A DNA stretch of 59,973 bases, filler included, from Sphacelaria rigidula (GCA_964200075.2; 8 parts of 8 records of this genome joined end to end with filler, not necessarily neighbours in it); one strand, 5' to 3'; shown: positions 23,535-36,919, numbered from the whole stretch's first letter. The notes: generated by a model from the sequence alone, not told the origin. Numbers and translations are program-made.

Positions 23535-24520
23535 TCGTTTTCGATGAAATTTTGGCATGATGTACAGGACGTATGTGCAAACGCTACTTCGTTCCTCTCG
23601 TGTGTTTTTTTCTTCGTGACTTACTGTCGACGGAACATTTCAGAACAGTTTTCCGGAACAAAATTGCCAATAACTCACGAAGAAAAGAAGAAGAAAAAAA
23701 ATGGGAGGAAAGATTCCATGTTCGCACATACGTCCTGTACATCGTGTCAAAATTTCATCGAAAACAGCTTGAATTCGACCAGCATGAATGCGTTTGAATT
23801 CTTCGTAACTGGTCCACACCTCCATATACTTTGGTAACCGCGTGTTGACGGAGTGACGCATTTTCTTCGCTAAATTTTGGATCGTTTTCGATAAAATTCT
23901 GACACGATATAGAGGACGTATGTACAAATACCGAACCTTTTTCCCATGTTTTTTTTTACTACGTGCGTTAATGGTGACGAGACAATTCAGAACAGTTTTC
24001 TGGAACAAAATTGCCAATAACTCACGAAGAAAAGAAAAAAAACATGGGAGGAAAGATTCCATGTTCGCACATACGTCCTGTACATCATGCCAAAATTTCA
24101 TCGAAAACAGCTTGAATTCGACCAGCATGAATGCGTTTGAATTCTTCGTAACTGGTCCACACCTCCATATACTTTGGTAACCGCTTGATGACGGAGTGAC
24201 GCATTTTCTTCGCTAAATTTTGGATCGTTTTCGATAAAATTCTGACACGATATAGAGGACGTATGTACAAATACCGAACTTTTTTCCCATGTTTTTTTTT
24301 ACTACGTGCGTTAATGGTGACGAGACAATTCAGAACAGTTTTTTCGGAACAAAATTACCAATAACTCACGAAGAAAAGAAAAAAAAACATGGGAGGAAAG
24401 ATTCCATGTTCGCACATACGTCCTGTACATCATGCCAAAATTTCATCAAAAACGATCCAAAATTGTGCGAAGAAAATGTGTTTCAACATTCCTGGTGGCT
24501 TCTTGGGCGGCCCAGCTCGT
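23535..24520. repeat. ~345-bp tandem repeat (~2.8 copies), each unit with an internal inverted repeat, ending in a TIR-like GGCCCAGCTCGTA
   Basis: gaacagtttt..ggaacaaaattgccaataactcacgaagaaaag recurs at ~23643, 23990, 24333. ttcgatgaaattttggcatgatgtacaggacgtatgtgc is the reverse complement of the unit's right part. Confidence 0.9.
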
Positions 24521-24862
24521 ACGGATAGTGGTGCAATCGACAAGTCCGAAATTTCACAGTGTGCATTTCGAGGTCGACTGGCAACGGCACCTGCTGCTGG
24601 GGCGTACTCATCAACGCGAAACATATGCCCAAGCCATAGTTTCGTAACTCAAGTTCATGCAATGAGTGTGGAGCGCCCACACTGAACATTGCTCTATAGG
24701 CCGGCCATTCGCGGGAACTGTGTCGGCTGGGCACGCAAGCTATATCTCCAAGTTGAAATATTCCATGTGGATCTCGTGTAGGGTGTAGGGGATCAGTGTT
24801 GCCGAATCCGGGGAAAGCAAGCAATGCTCTTCTTGCACGTGTAGGTTGATCCATCGACTCAC

Positions 24863-24936
24863 CTTCGAGAATTGTCTCCGTCACGATGGAACCAGGGGGG
24901 AGGACATTGAGGCTGAGGGCGCAGTCCTTCCCGCTC
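24863..24936 (-). CDS. Cold-shock-domain protein, exon completing the CSD (SGKDCALSLNVLPPGSIVTETILE)
   Basis: gatccag acceptor, G|GTGAGT donor. GKxxA..L..LPxG resembles the end of UNR-type CSDs. Confidence 0.8.
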
Positions 24937-25409
24937 CTGGATCGGATGATCCGCGAACGAAACCATGGTGACGAGGAAATTAACGGAATGGAAGGGGAAT
25001 ATTAGGAAGAGAAGGGTGCGATGTACGATACTCCCCAGGGAAGGACGTGGAGCTTTGATATCGTTAACATGCCAAACTCAAGTACCGTAAACTACTGTGC
25101 GGATCACCCGCATGTGGTTTCCCACTTACATGTTGAATATGCACTTCTCGGCAGAGATTTTGGCTGTGTTCCGGCAACACACCTGCAAGCGTACTCAGGC
25201 AGGGTACGTGATCCTCTTTCATTTAAATCCCCATATTATTCAGGGACGACTTAGCTAGGTGACTGTGTGACACCAAATCTACAATCAAGCTCATCTTACG
25301 GCACCGTACATCACCTCCATTGACCCCCACACTAACTCGTCGAGCGTGGATTGGCGTTAACCCCCCCTACACCAATCCGCTATAGCACACTCGTGAAGAA
25401 TCGAAGTAC

Positions 25410-25583
25410 CTGCCGCCCGTGCCAACGACGAAGTCCACCTCGTCTCCGACGTTCACATCTTGGGGTGCTTCCGTCAGGTGAAAAAACAGGTCCCCCGGTC
25501 TATCGACACAGCGAACGAATCCAAAGTTGTTGTCTTTGATGGAGCATACACGACCTTGTTCACGAGGGGCGTCCGGTCCAGGC
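25410..25583 (-). CDS. Cold-shock domain exon, UNR/CSDE1-like
   Basis: PREQGRVCSIKDNNFGFVRCVDRPGDLFFHLTEAPQDVNVGDEVDFVV contains the CSD RNP1-like (FGFV) and RNP2-like (LFFH) motifs and GDEVxF. cag acceptor, AG|GTACTT donor, 174 bp. Confidence 0.88.
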
Positions 25584-26762
25584 CTGCTCGCAACGTGCAT
25601 CGAAACGTGTTTTACCCACAGACTGGCAATTGGCGATTGAGAGATCTGCCGCTCCCGTACACTTCACACAGTAGTGGCAAGCTGTATTATACCCCCTGGG
25701 AGAGAAACTCTGCACATGTTCCCAGATAACTTCGATGCCAACTAGCAACTTTCGAGATACGCATGTCTACGTATTCGACAATCGCATGGACTCGTGACGA
25801 AAAATGACCACTTCAACGTCATCAATATCCATTAGAGGTACAGTACGGTATTCCGGTCACCAACCTTATGGGTCAAGAAGAGATTTCTGTCACGCAGAAC
25901 CAATAGGTTGTTGATCATGTCTTCAGTAGGTGGCTCTGCGGTGCCCGCCGGTATGTGTCTGTAACAACTCTGCTGCCCTGGATACCTTGGGCTTTTTCAT
26001 CCATTTTTTTTATATCCATTTTCATTTTCATGGTTATTATTTTTTTTTGCTCTTTCCTTTCCTCTCCTTTTCCTTCTTTGCTTCAGTTTTATTTTTGTTG
26101 ACTTCTTCCTCTTTTGTGTCCACGTCTCAGTCTACCGTGTCGTCCTGTTCGACTTTCTTTTGTTTCGTTTTTTTCTTCACCCAGTGTTTCAGTTTTTGTT
26201 TTTCCTGGGTACGTCAATCATGTGACCACCGCTGGACCCCTGGGGGAGCAGTTAAAGTGCGACAATCAATCAATAAAGAAGAGGAACCAAGCTATGTTCC
26301 GACGACCCCAAGGAAACAAGTAGGCCATCATTTTATCATCACCATCAAAGCTACGTGATTTCAGTGTTCAAGATTGCGTGTCTTGAAACATGTCTTCAAA
26401 GAACACTGGGCAAACCAGGCACGGGGGAACTTCTCATGCAGTCATGGGTCATCTGTTCCCTTGTAGATGCGACCATGACGGCACAGGATGCAACATTGAT
26501 GCTTGCAGCTGAGCAGACACAGCAACACCACCGACTGCGTACAGGGGAGAACGATGACACGACGACTGGTTCTTACTCTGCCCTATTTAACCACACTGAC
26601 GGACGAGCACTCGATGCGCGTTCATCACATTGCATACAATGCGCATCACAAGCAGGTTAACGATATAGTCACGGCCAACTGAAACGACTAGTTTCAGCAC
26701 CCCAAAACAGAATGTCACTCAAGAACGAGCAGACACTGGTTTCGTTAACAAGCAAGACCCAC

Positions 26763-27026
26763 CTCTGATCTTGAACATGGCCGCGACGTTGATGAAAACT
26801 ACCACCACCATCGCCCCAGCCCGCTCCCACTGCCTGCGCGTGTTTTTGCCAGCGCTCGTTAGCCATCGGCAGTTCTCCTTGCTGCGCCCCTGCGTCATCC
26901 CGGTCACCCATGCCGCCGCCCCCCCTACCCCAGTCTCTGTCCGTGTCGTTGTTGTTGTATGGGCCTTTGCCGTAGCCACCCCTGCCGTTCCAACCGCCCC
27001 CTCTGTCGTCTCCGCCATAGTGGTCA
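26763..27026 (-). CDS. RGG-rich cold-shock-domain protein, exon (DHYGGDDRGGGWNGRGG...HVQDQ)
   Basis: cccttccag acceptor, AG|GTGGGT donor, 264 bp, phase 2-2. Confidence 0.85.
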
Positions 27027-27689
27027 CTGGAAGGGATACACACGGTCCGAGAAGTACTCGATAGTGTTACTGTTGGTGGTGCCTATTGCCACCAACAAAA
27101 TCATGCGTTACAAAAGTAAAATGGACCTGTATGTAGCGTCCTGAGGGCAAGGTATATGCCTCGCAGGCGCATCGGGTTCGAGTTGTTGGGTTTTCTTGTA
27201 AGCGCAGCAAAGTAAAGTATCGTGACCTGTACGCACTACACCTCGACGCTGGGCATATAACGCGATGCTAGAGCTCCCCTGTTTCACATTGGTCACCATT
27301 TCCAGCCCCAGGTCAAGAATCACATGAGGTGATCGTTGATCGTATGGCTGCCGCATCCCTACTTGTTCTTACTTTCCAGTCACATCGATTTTTCACTCGT
27401 GCGAGAGCAGTGCGACCTCTTCCATTGTTGCACGCATGCGGGAATTCGGACAGCAAGGCAACGCAACAAGCACCTAGAGTAAAAGCTTGACAAGTGCTCA
27501 ATACACGGACGGAACGATTGGCCAAACGGACAAAGCACATATCGATTGCGATTGGACGAAGCATTCCTTGGATTATCGGCAAATGGAAGATGTACCGGGA
27601 CATAATGCAAGAATAAAATAAGCGGGCGAGGCCCGCAACACCAGCCAGACCTCCCACATACAGGTACTAAACAGGGGTAACTCTCTCTC

Positions 27690-28070
27690 TGTATATGTGT
27701 GTCACAGAAGGAAGGCCAACACAGGAGTTCTTTTTTTCTTTTTTTTTCAAGTTCTACACCGTTCTTCTGCGGTGCTTGCCTGTTATTTTTTAATCACGAG
27801 AGGGGTTCAGTAGTCCCTTTTCCTCGTCGACCATGAAGTCGGATTTAACAAGGTTATGTTATGTCGGATATACCCGGCAGTTTTTTTTCCTTGGTTTACT
27901 ATACCATACCGAAACGTGTATCGAACATCTCCGAATTTTGTGTGCCCACGACATGGTCGCTTTCCACTGTAGGACATTGTGTAAGAAAAAATCCCAGATC
28001 GCTCCGAGACTCGAACCCACAACCGTCAGAAGGTTTGAGGGTCACCAACTGAGCCACCGGGGTGACCGGG
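27690..28070 (-). mobile_element. tRNA-derived SINE, same family, intronic
   Basis: GGTGGCTCAGTTGGT...GGGTTCGAGTCTCGGAGCGATCTGGG head; body matches 8852-9140. Confidence 0.8.
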
Positions 28071-28950
28071 TCACATGAGGCACGATTATGGTCCTGCGCT
28101 CGAACTCGGCACCCCCTCAAAATTGAGGACGTGTCGGACCCTCATGGAATCTTCATGTTCAGAGGAAAACATTCCAACATGTTCAGCACCCAGCCACCAC
28201 AAAAGAAGGAAGTACCCACAAGCTATGACAGGAACCAACTTGTATAGCGCAACCATCAGAACATCCATGCAGTCCTGCGCAAAAACAAGACAAACATATA
28301 ACGGAATGCCTGCCCTATATTTGTGACTGCCCGCACTTGGCCCGTGTACAAAAACCATAACACCTTTGAACGGAAACTTTGCGTGTTACATTTCTCGACC
28401 GTGGGTAAGTCATCCCCGTGCTTGGTGCACTAGTTGAACACAGGACAGGCAGGATAAACAGTGGAGAACAGCTCCTTTAGGTCACGGAGAAGATGAAAGT
28501 AAGCGAATACCGATATACCGTCGATACGCCCTCGAAACAGCTATCTCGTAGCCGAGATTCTGTGTACTGTGAGTGAATGCATAAGTGGACATGGTAGTAC
28601 ATTCACTTCCACATTATCATCTGGGAGGGTGCAGTGCTGGCACACATACATGAGTACTGGCACAACCTTTGAAAAATGACAATATGTAGAGAAATCACTC
28701 CGGTATCGCCTGTAGAGATGTTCAGCACGGGAGGCACGGTCGTACGCACGCGCGCTGCCGTCGCTGCAAGGCGCTGAAACTTCGGCCACATGTCATGTAA
28801 GCCACAGTCAACAAGCCCATGCGTCTGGATCTGAGGTCGGGCGTTGCAACGGTGCGCGAGGGAATCAAAGAGCTTAGATTCTAGTCCGAAGATTCTTGAT
28901 TTTTTTGGCGCAGGACTGCGTAGAGAAAAAAAAATATTCCAGGAACGCAC

Positions 28951-29076
28951 CGCCTGCCGTCTCCGGAGAACCCATCGCCGGGTCGGTTGCCAGAACGGTC
29001 TCCACCGTAGCCGTAGTTGCGTCCTCGCCCTGATCTTCCACCACCACGGTTGTTATTCCACTGGCCACCTCCACCC
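28951..29076 (-). CDS. RGG-rich cold-shock-domain protein, exon (GGGQWNNNRGGGRSGRGRNYGYGGDRSGNRPGDGFSGDGR)
   Basis: tag acceptor, CG|GTGCGT donor, 126 bp, phase 2-2, RGG/YG-rich. Confidence 0.8.
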
Positions 29077-29570
29077 CTATGTGCGGGAGCAATGCAGATA
29101 GTAGACGAGACAGACCTTGCAAGTGTAAATTCCGGGTCGAGAAACTTTGTACGAGACGTGAAAAATAATTCAAAGAGTACGCCATAAAAAAATAATGTTA
29201 GATGTTATCATTGCAGATTGATACGGCGTATTCGGCATGCACTCGACAGAGCATCTTGCTTGACATATCACGCGTAACAAAGGCTTGGGTTTGGATGGTA
29301 CGCCCTGAATGGGGGTGAAAAAAAAGCGGACGTGTACAACTGTAGTCATGTGTAATTTGACAAAATACTCAGGCCAGCACAAAATAGAAAAGATACCTTC
29401 AATCCATACATCAAACGTTCTTCATACGCACGCCGTTGATTCCATCACAAGTTTTACGCTCCTGTGGTGCATGTCTCACTTGTAAGGGAGAGCAAAGGTG
29501 GCCCACAGTCTTGTCTGGCTCATGTAATCGCGCGACAATACAAAATCGCAACACTTTCTCAGGCCATTAC

Positions 29571-29675
29571 CTTCGAGAGTTCCGAGATCTTGGGGGTGAC
29601 TGCTGAGTGCTGTCGTACATGTCGTTGTCCCAACGGCCGCCACCAGCGGGTTCTTCGCTGTCTTCGGCGCTGAAT
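29571..29675 (-). CDS. RGG-rich cold-shock-domain protein, exon (FSAEDSEEPAGGGRWDNDMYDSTQQSPPRSRNSR)
   Basis: cag acceptor, AG|GTAATG donor, 105 bp, phase 2-2, in frame with the next exon. Confidence 0.7.
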
Positions 29676-29938
29676 CTGTTCCCGCAGCACAGCACAGCAC
29701 ACGACCATGAGGAAAACAAGAATAAGATACGGGTTCAACATCGACAACGTTGGAAAAAAACAGTCAACACCAAGCACGCATTGCCTCGAAGTTACGAAGT
29801 GCAGAAACTAACAAGTCAAATTAAACGGATATACTTCATACTTGAATAAACTCGTGCACACTACACGGGTGGGGGAGGGGGGGTGTACTCATGATCATGC
29901 ATGCCATAGTCATCAGATCATTGACCTCGCATCCCTAC

Positions 29939-30038
29939 NNNNNNNNNNNNNNNNNNNNNNNNNNNNNNNNNNNNNNNNNNNNTTAATTAATTAANNNNNN
30001 NNNNNNNNNNNNNNNNNNNNNNNNNNNNNNNNNNNNNN
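29939..30038. other. Artificial contig linker
   Basis: Same 100-bp structure. Confidence 0.98.
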
Positions 30039-30102
30039 AACCCCACAACTCAACCACCAGAAGGTTACGAGGTTACCAACTGAGCCACCGGGGCGACCGG
30101 CC
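30039..30102 (-). mobile_element. tRNA-derived SINE head, cut by the contig end
   Basis: GGTCGCCCCGGTGGCTCAGTTGGTAACCTCGTAACCTTCTG matches the SINE head. Confidence 0.7.
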
Positions 30103-32081
30103 GTCCGTGAAACTATAACCAGCCTTGGTACTTTGAGTTGTATCCTTGGCAGCTGTTGTAACAACCGTCATGGAGCGATAACTAGACACTGATTCAAATT
30201 GCCGAATGGAAGGCGGTCGGCCTAACCGTCGCCGTCTTTGTAGCTCTCCTAGTAATTTCTGGCACCATTTCATATTCAAGCATTGAAATCGGTGTCACTA
30301 GCCACTGTGCTGTAATTCGGCACATATATCACGTGTGTGTGCGGAGGCGAGACATTGAAGCTTGCCGTTACCGGCAATGAGTGTGTTTTAGTATATAAAT
30401 CACCCACCACACACGAAACACACCACAATGGCGCCTAGTTCTCTTGCGCTTCAATGATTTGGAAGCGCTGCCCCTTGTTCAGTAGGTTTGACCGGCCGAA
30501 ACCCCCCGGTTATACCAACGGTCTATCAGAAATATGGTTTGGGGCACGTAGGCCCCAAGATCGAAAATTCGAGTTTTTAATGGGGGGTAGGGGTGGGGGG
30601 GGCACGCAGCCTGCTGTCCCCTTGTTCGTTGCCGGGGCGTTGGCCAATGCGGTCAGCTGCCGTGTACAGAGATCCTTCGCATGGAGACCGCTGAGATGAC
30701 GGACACACGGCCCCTCCACGCTCGTCACCTACCGTGATAACATTTATGGGATCGTGTTCCGTGTTGTGTGCCTCGACTACTTACCACTAGTTGTCCGGGG
30801 AAATTTGGCGAGGCATGAGATAACGTTGCTACTTTTGCTACAGGCTGTCGCTACCGTGCGCTGGTGGTTTGTACAAAGATGTGTGTGAGCGGAGCCGGCA
30901 TCCGAGATCAATGAGACAGGGCGGGCAAGACGCAGAAGCAACTATACGAACCTCGCTAAGCCCGCCAGAATTTTCGGCTGTTGCCAGTGTTTGTTGACCA
31001 ATTTCTTTCAACAATTTCAACAAAAATTCAAAACATTCACAAAACAATCACAAGAAAAAATGTAAAAAAATCATGACAATTTTTGAAAAATTGTCCTCCG
31101 GGTGGGGGTGAGGGTGGGTGGGTGGGGGGGGCGGGGCTCCTTGTCCGAAAACTTTCTCTCGACAGACCCTTGGTTATACCGCTTTTTTTTTTTTTCTGAG
31201 AACAACGCCTCCTACTTGGTTACAATTTTTTTCTGGTCGCCGGTGCCCACCTCTAGTTATAACATGTCGCCTTCAACGTACACGAGGCCCATAAGAAATC
31301 CACCCACACGCAATACATACGGGTGACAACATATTCTCCGGGCAGTAGATAGAGACGCTCCATCTGAGTAGCGTGTGCGATAGCATATCACCGAATGACG
31401 CTGCGATAGCCCCCCCCCCGGAATAATGACTGGTTGGAGGAGGGAAAATCTACATCCAGGGAAAATCTGCATCTACACTACTAAGTAGTGCTAGATACTG
31501 AACGACCGCCATTTCGATACGATGCCAACATTGTCAGCGCTCGATATCGATAAATAAGCTTAGAAAATCGGCGACTCCAAAGTACGAGTGCAGCGAGCGG
31601 ACTCGCACGGTGAGCGGACGAGCGTGGCCGAGTCTGCTCGCCGTGCGAGCCCTAAATGCCCCCTCCCCCGACTGGTGAGGGGGTTCCGCGGGAGGCGTCG
31701 CCGGAGGCGAGAAAACTGGCCCATTTAGCTTCTATTCCCATCGAAGCTGGCGTACTGTATTGAAGGCCTCCCAGCCCAGGAGAAATGAATGTGCCTAGGT
31801 TTGACAGAACCCAACGATCACTAGAGCCTTATTGTTCATCCTGGCCGCAGAAGTGTGAGTATATTTGCACCAGCCAGGGAGAAACGAGCGCACGACCAAA
31901 AGCAGGTTCGACAAAAGAAGCATAGTCAGAACTACTCGGAACATGTCCGGCAGAGTCAGGAGCATAAAACATGGGATTTCACAAAAGGCGGATGGATTTG
32001 CTTTCGAGGATGAGCCTTGGAAACCATCGTAAGAATCGAGATATTTTGAAAAAAATGCAAACAAACGTTTTTTTCGGCGAA

Positions 32082-32382
32082 CAACGTTTTCGTGAGATTG
32101 AGAGTAGAGCGCTGATTGACGATGGGTTTCATCATTCGCCTTAACTTGACCATTTTTTCCTTTCGTGTATGCTTTTCTTTGCCTCCATCTCTGGTGTGTG
32201 CTTAAAGCTGTTGTACACGTCGATATCCTACTCACGGATATCAAGGGCCTCAATCGCAAGCTTCTACAGAAAGCATGTCGGGCCTGGTGGAGGGGTATTT
32301 CGGAACTGAAACGGTTCATTCCCTAATTGACCATTTTTCACTCTCGTTCGTATCCTCTACTCTCAATCACACGAAATTATTG
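32082..32382. mobile_element. MITE, same family as 14454-14751
   Basis: Same TIRs and colinear interior. Confidence 0.8.
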
Positions 32383-35300
32383 CTAGCCATGATGTGCGAC
32401 CTCGTTCACACTGCAAGATAAATCCATCCGCAATAAATGAAATCCCGTGCTAACCGGCGGCTCTGACAAGTGGGAACGAATGCAGGTCGAACTTGTTCGA
32501 AAAAAACACGGTATTTTACAAATTGCTACTTTTCCCAAGTCAGCGAGACCACACATCCCGGCCGGAGAATGCATCTGCATATCCCGCCGGAAGTATTTCG
32601 ATTCTCGCTTATGAACATTCCCAAGGCTGATCCTTGAAAAAAATCCATCGGAAATTTGTAAAATTTTGTGTCAAAACAGGAATAACGAGCACGTGCTGCC
32701 GCGTGGACTTATATTTTGAGGAGAAAGTCGAGACACAGGTCAATAGAGGGCATGAAGACACCCCGGGCACCTTTGTATCGGAATCAATGCGAGTATGCTT
32801 TATTCTGCCCATCATCTTGGCGTTTAACTTACTTGGATTTGAACATACACTACGCAAACCTGGAGACATCAGAACGAACGTTGATTGAGAATCCGACAAT
32901 GGAACACTCATGAAACGAAAAATCAAAGTGGGGATAAAGAAGGCATAATTGGCACTTATTAACGAGCAGAGGTGTGACAAATTTGATGCTACCCCAAAGT
33001 AGCATGACCAACGAGCAGAAGTGCCCCCGTGAGGCTTATGCTTACCCGAAGCTAGGAGCAAAAGACTACCACACGAAGAATATAATGGGTAAGAGCCTGG
33101 CAATAACACCCCACCAGCTATATATATGATAAATAATCACGCATGAATGGGGGGAAATTACGGCATTTGTCGATTGTATCGTATCGTATCGAACTTCTCG
33201 TTATCGCTGTCGTTGTCGTTGTCGTTGTCGATATCAATATCGCTTCATCAAACTGTTTTGAACACGATATCGATAATGATACTTCGAAACGATACATCGA
33301 AATATTAGATACGATATCCAACACTTCTACTCAAAAGGCAAAAGCCGAGCACACGCGGCAGCTGGAAACTCCAAGGTTTGGGATCATTTTTGCCAATCAA
33401 TGGTGCCCATTCGAAGGGCTTCATAAAGTCTGAAGCTAGCCATCATGTGCTGTATGACCGCTTTTTCGTGAAATGTTTGGGGCTGGATTCGAGGGGGCTA
33501 TTGCCGCTTCACTCCGTACACCGGTTGGGTGGGCAAACCGATGCCGAGTGTATGTTTCACCGACCTATCACTCAAGTACTGTACCCTACCGCGTCGTGGA
33601 AGCCATCCCGTCCAACGAATCTCTCGTTCAATATATTTCAAGAAGAAAATATAAATATGTGCGATACCGCTCATCTCTTTCACAATATGTTGGCCAAGCA
33701 GTACGACCGCAGAAAACGCGGGTCGATGGCGTATTTTGCCACCTTTCCGGTCACCGGTGCTGTGTTGCTTAGATCCCGGACAATACAACATGTCCAACAC
33801 GATCCCAATACATATTTCATATTGAAAACTGCGCAAGTACTGTCCTCACAAAAAATAAATATTTATTGGATTGAGACATCGTCGGAGATATTGTAGCGAC
33901 ACCGTATATTCCTCGTGTTATGATCGTGAAGTAATGAATGCCAAGATGTGTTGGACATGCGCTTGCCCCGGGAACAAAACGTTAAACATGTTACTGTAAT
34001 ATTCTGTATGATTAATGAGGTTTTGCCTCCCTTCCCCCATTGCTCCGCCTCGAAAGGGATGCGTGGGTGAATGGTCAAATGACTGAGGTAAGCAATAATT
34101 GAGTACGCCCCCCCACGGTGTGCGTGGGTACCTGGAGTGCATCATGTAGCGAATTAGAAAATGACTGCAAATGTGTGCGTTGACAAACCTCGAATCGGCG
34201 CCCCCGCGACGAGACACCGATTCGAGCAAAATACAGGCCTCGTACTGTGGCAAGCGGTTGCGAGTTTGTGCCCCATACATATTTGGATCTCAGCGTCCAT
34301 ACTAGCGCGGACTTGAGTGAAAGAACCACGTATTATTTGTCGTCGAGCTGGCGAAGCCTGTACTGGACTCTACACACTCCCCACCCCACCCCACCCCACC
34401 TCACTCGGTCCTCGACCGTCAAAATTCCGGAGCTGCTCAGCCCGTGTGCCCCGTAGGGAGCTTGATCGTATATGAGGCGTTCCAACTGATTTAGTGTTCA
34501 GTGGTACCAGGCATACACCACACGGTGCGACTCTTTGATAAGATCTCTCGAACCGGCAGTCCCAGCTCCAAGGCGGAATCATCTTTAGTTTCGGTGTGAA
34601 CCACCATATATATATTCAGATATTGGGGAACTGACAGTCACAAGTGTCCGCCCAGCGTGTGCAGCACCCGTCTAGGCTCAACGCCCCTACCTAGGTCACC
34701 CTTTGCACCCCCCTTGTCCGGGAGTTCTTTGTCGACCTTGCATCAGCTTCATTCTATAACGAACAACAAGGGATGTTGGTCATAGATTAGGGCAATGTTT
34801 TTGGTTTAACCCACTCCGAACTCTGTCACCCGTCGGGAATCTCAGAACACAGGACTCGGCTGTCGACATGTAGTCGTGGCATCCCTTTTGGATGATGAAT
34901 CGTACGAATGGACTGGTGGAGTCATCCCCATTGTCCGACGTACCTCCTACAAATCGACCTGCATCGCTCTCGTTTCTCCGATGTCTTATGTCAGCCTACT
35001 AGGCACGGCGCAAGAATCGCTGGCGAAGGAGAAAGTTCCGACCTACTGTTACCCAGCGAGCTCTACGGGTTATCCTTATATGGAACTCCTCCGTGCCCTA
35101 TTTCAAGGGACGAGGTGGTTTTGTTGTTCCTTCCCGCTGGTGAAGTCGGTACTTTCGAAACCTGCTTGGGCAACTCGTGGGTTCGAATCTCGGCGATAAC
35201 GCCTTGGATACTTGACGAGCAACATTGGATGGTCACCGCGAAGCCGCCAGCCCTGAATATGCGTACACACGAGACTTTCGGCGTCTCGTGAGATGCAAAT

Positions 35301-35980
35301 ACTCCTCACGAGCGGACAAGACAATACGGGCAAGTTAGTTGTGTGGGAGTTCTACTCATGTCTCAGACGGTAACCGACCGGTGCTTTTGTTTTCGCGCAA
35401 GCAAGGTGTCCTTAAAGGTGAACGAAAGCAAACGTATGACACTACTGTAGTGAATGTTCCTCTCGAAAAAATACATGACACGTCACATAAATGACCGTGA
35501 AATAACGTACTCTAGCATTGAGAAAACAACACACAAACATAAACGCGATTTCGACGCGTACTTCTGATAGCATTGCCGAGGTTAAGCAGTATATAAAGAA
35601 AGCCAATATAGAAACGATAATGTTATCATTTAATCAGTTTCTGATAGCGCGACAGGAATCACCCGTAGCGGACCAACAGCGTGTCTGCCCTGTCTTCCGC
35701 ATGCGACAGACCAGAACATGACACTATTGAGTTCCGGACGATTGAGCACACTTAGCGTGAAGTGCATGAAACCTTTCCATAGGGCAACTCCGTAGAAACA
35801 CAACCACCGCCTGTGCCTGGCTACATCAAACAGAGCAGCCGTCGGAAGGAGAATTTCCCGTGTCGAGCGAATTGACACTAAAGCAGCAGCACAGACCGTC
35901 AAAACGCTCGCTAGAACAGCACACTAACGCCTGTATATACATTTTTCTTCCTGTCTTGTTCTATTGCATGTACTCCATCT

Positions 35981-36276
35981 TCACGACATAATGGGCTCTA
36001 GAACATTCGGCTCGTCGGAACTCGCCCCCGCCGCTCCTCCTGCACGACTCAGCCCTCCCAGACCGGATAGCCGCATCTGCGATTTCCCAGACTTCCGCAA
36101 ATCTGCCGCTGATACTGCCGAGGTAACAGACGACGAACTCTTCGCAGAGGACGCTGCTAAGCTTCCCCTCATCTTGGCGCTGCCAGCGCCGTCCTGCATA
36201 GCAGTGGAGCATGACGCAGCGGAAGCAGCAGCTCCAGCCGTCGGGCCTTGCTCGTTTCCTGTGGCGGCGAGAACGT
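35981..36276 (-). CDS. Putative terminal exon of an unknown Ser/Ala/Gly-rich protein
   Basis: Acceptor cttcctcgaacgaaacag, then open GC-rich frame VLAATGNEQGPTAGAAASAASCSTAMQDGAG...EPIMS*. Confidence 0.4.
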
Positions 36277-36322
36277 CTGTTTCGTTCGAGGAAGAATCAA
36301 CGAGAAGTCATGATCCAGGGAG

Positions 36323-36395
36323 CGGGGTATACTCAATTATTGCTCGCCCTAACTGCTTGACCAGTGACCACGCATCCCTTTCGAGACAGAGCACG
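36323..36395. mobile_element. G-tract-anchored element, short form (~73 bp) with an 11-bp target-site duplication
   Basis: GATCCAGGGAG at 36312-36322 and 36396-36406 flanks the element. Other short copies lie at 1-71, 34042-34114, 43148-43227, 47775-47852, 48773-48845. Confidence 0.8.
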
Positions 36396-36919
36396 GATCC
36401 AGGGAGGAAGAGGAAAGCACTGGCTGTCACTCAGTGCATTTCGATTCGGAGTTTTAGTTGAATCGGCTTGTTGCCTTGGTAGATCACGCCCTCTTCACTT
36501 GTACTGTGGGAATATAAGAACTCGCCCCAAAATGTGCAGAGGGGAGTGGGCAACGGGGAAGGGAGACGAACGCTACAGTGTTTGTAAAAGTAGCACAGAG
36601 TAATTTATCGTTGACCGTTTTCAGTCTCTGTGTCATTTCGGTAGCGTTTTGTTTTTGTTCACCTGTACAGCTGTCTGCTATGTAACCCATTGCAGACCTC
36701 GAGGTCGAGGCGGCAATCCATGTTGCAGAATAATTGTGTTTCACACCAAGACAGAGAAGTACCTGAGCGCATAGCGTTTTGGCACCACTACACACAGGCA
36801 CGCAATATTCTCTCTCACAAACTCTACCGTGACTTCATCACTCTATCCTCCACGAGATCGTGATTTGAGCCCTTGTTCGGTTCACTACCCTCGCACATGC
36901 ACCTTACCCTGTAAGGACA

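Noticed and set aside
27995-28070. Functional tRNA genes (also 8852, 22650-22720, 30039)
   Set aside because: A/B boxes are present but no complete cloverleaf; the heads at 8852 and 28070 run into a shared SINE body.
29881-29938. Hammerhead ribozyme (CTGATGA on the minus strand)
   Set aside because: No downstream GAAA or stems, and the motif is not conserved in other copies of the element.
35964-36461. 165-aa plus-strand ORF
   Set aside because: It runs through an inserted repeat and is antisense to a better-supported spliced exon.
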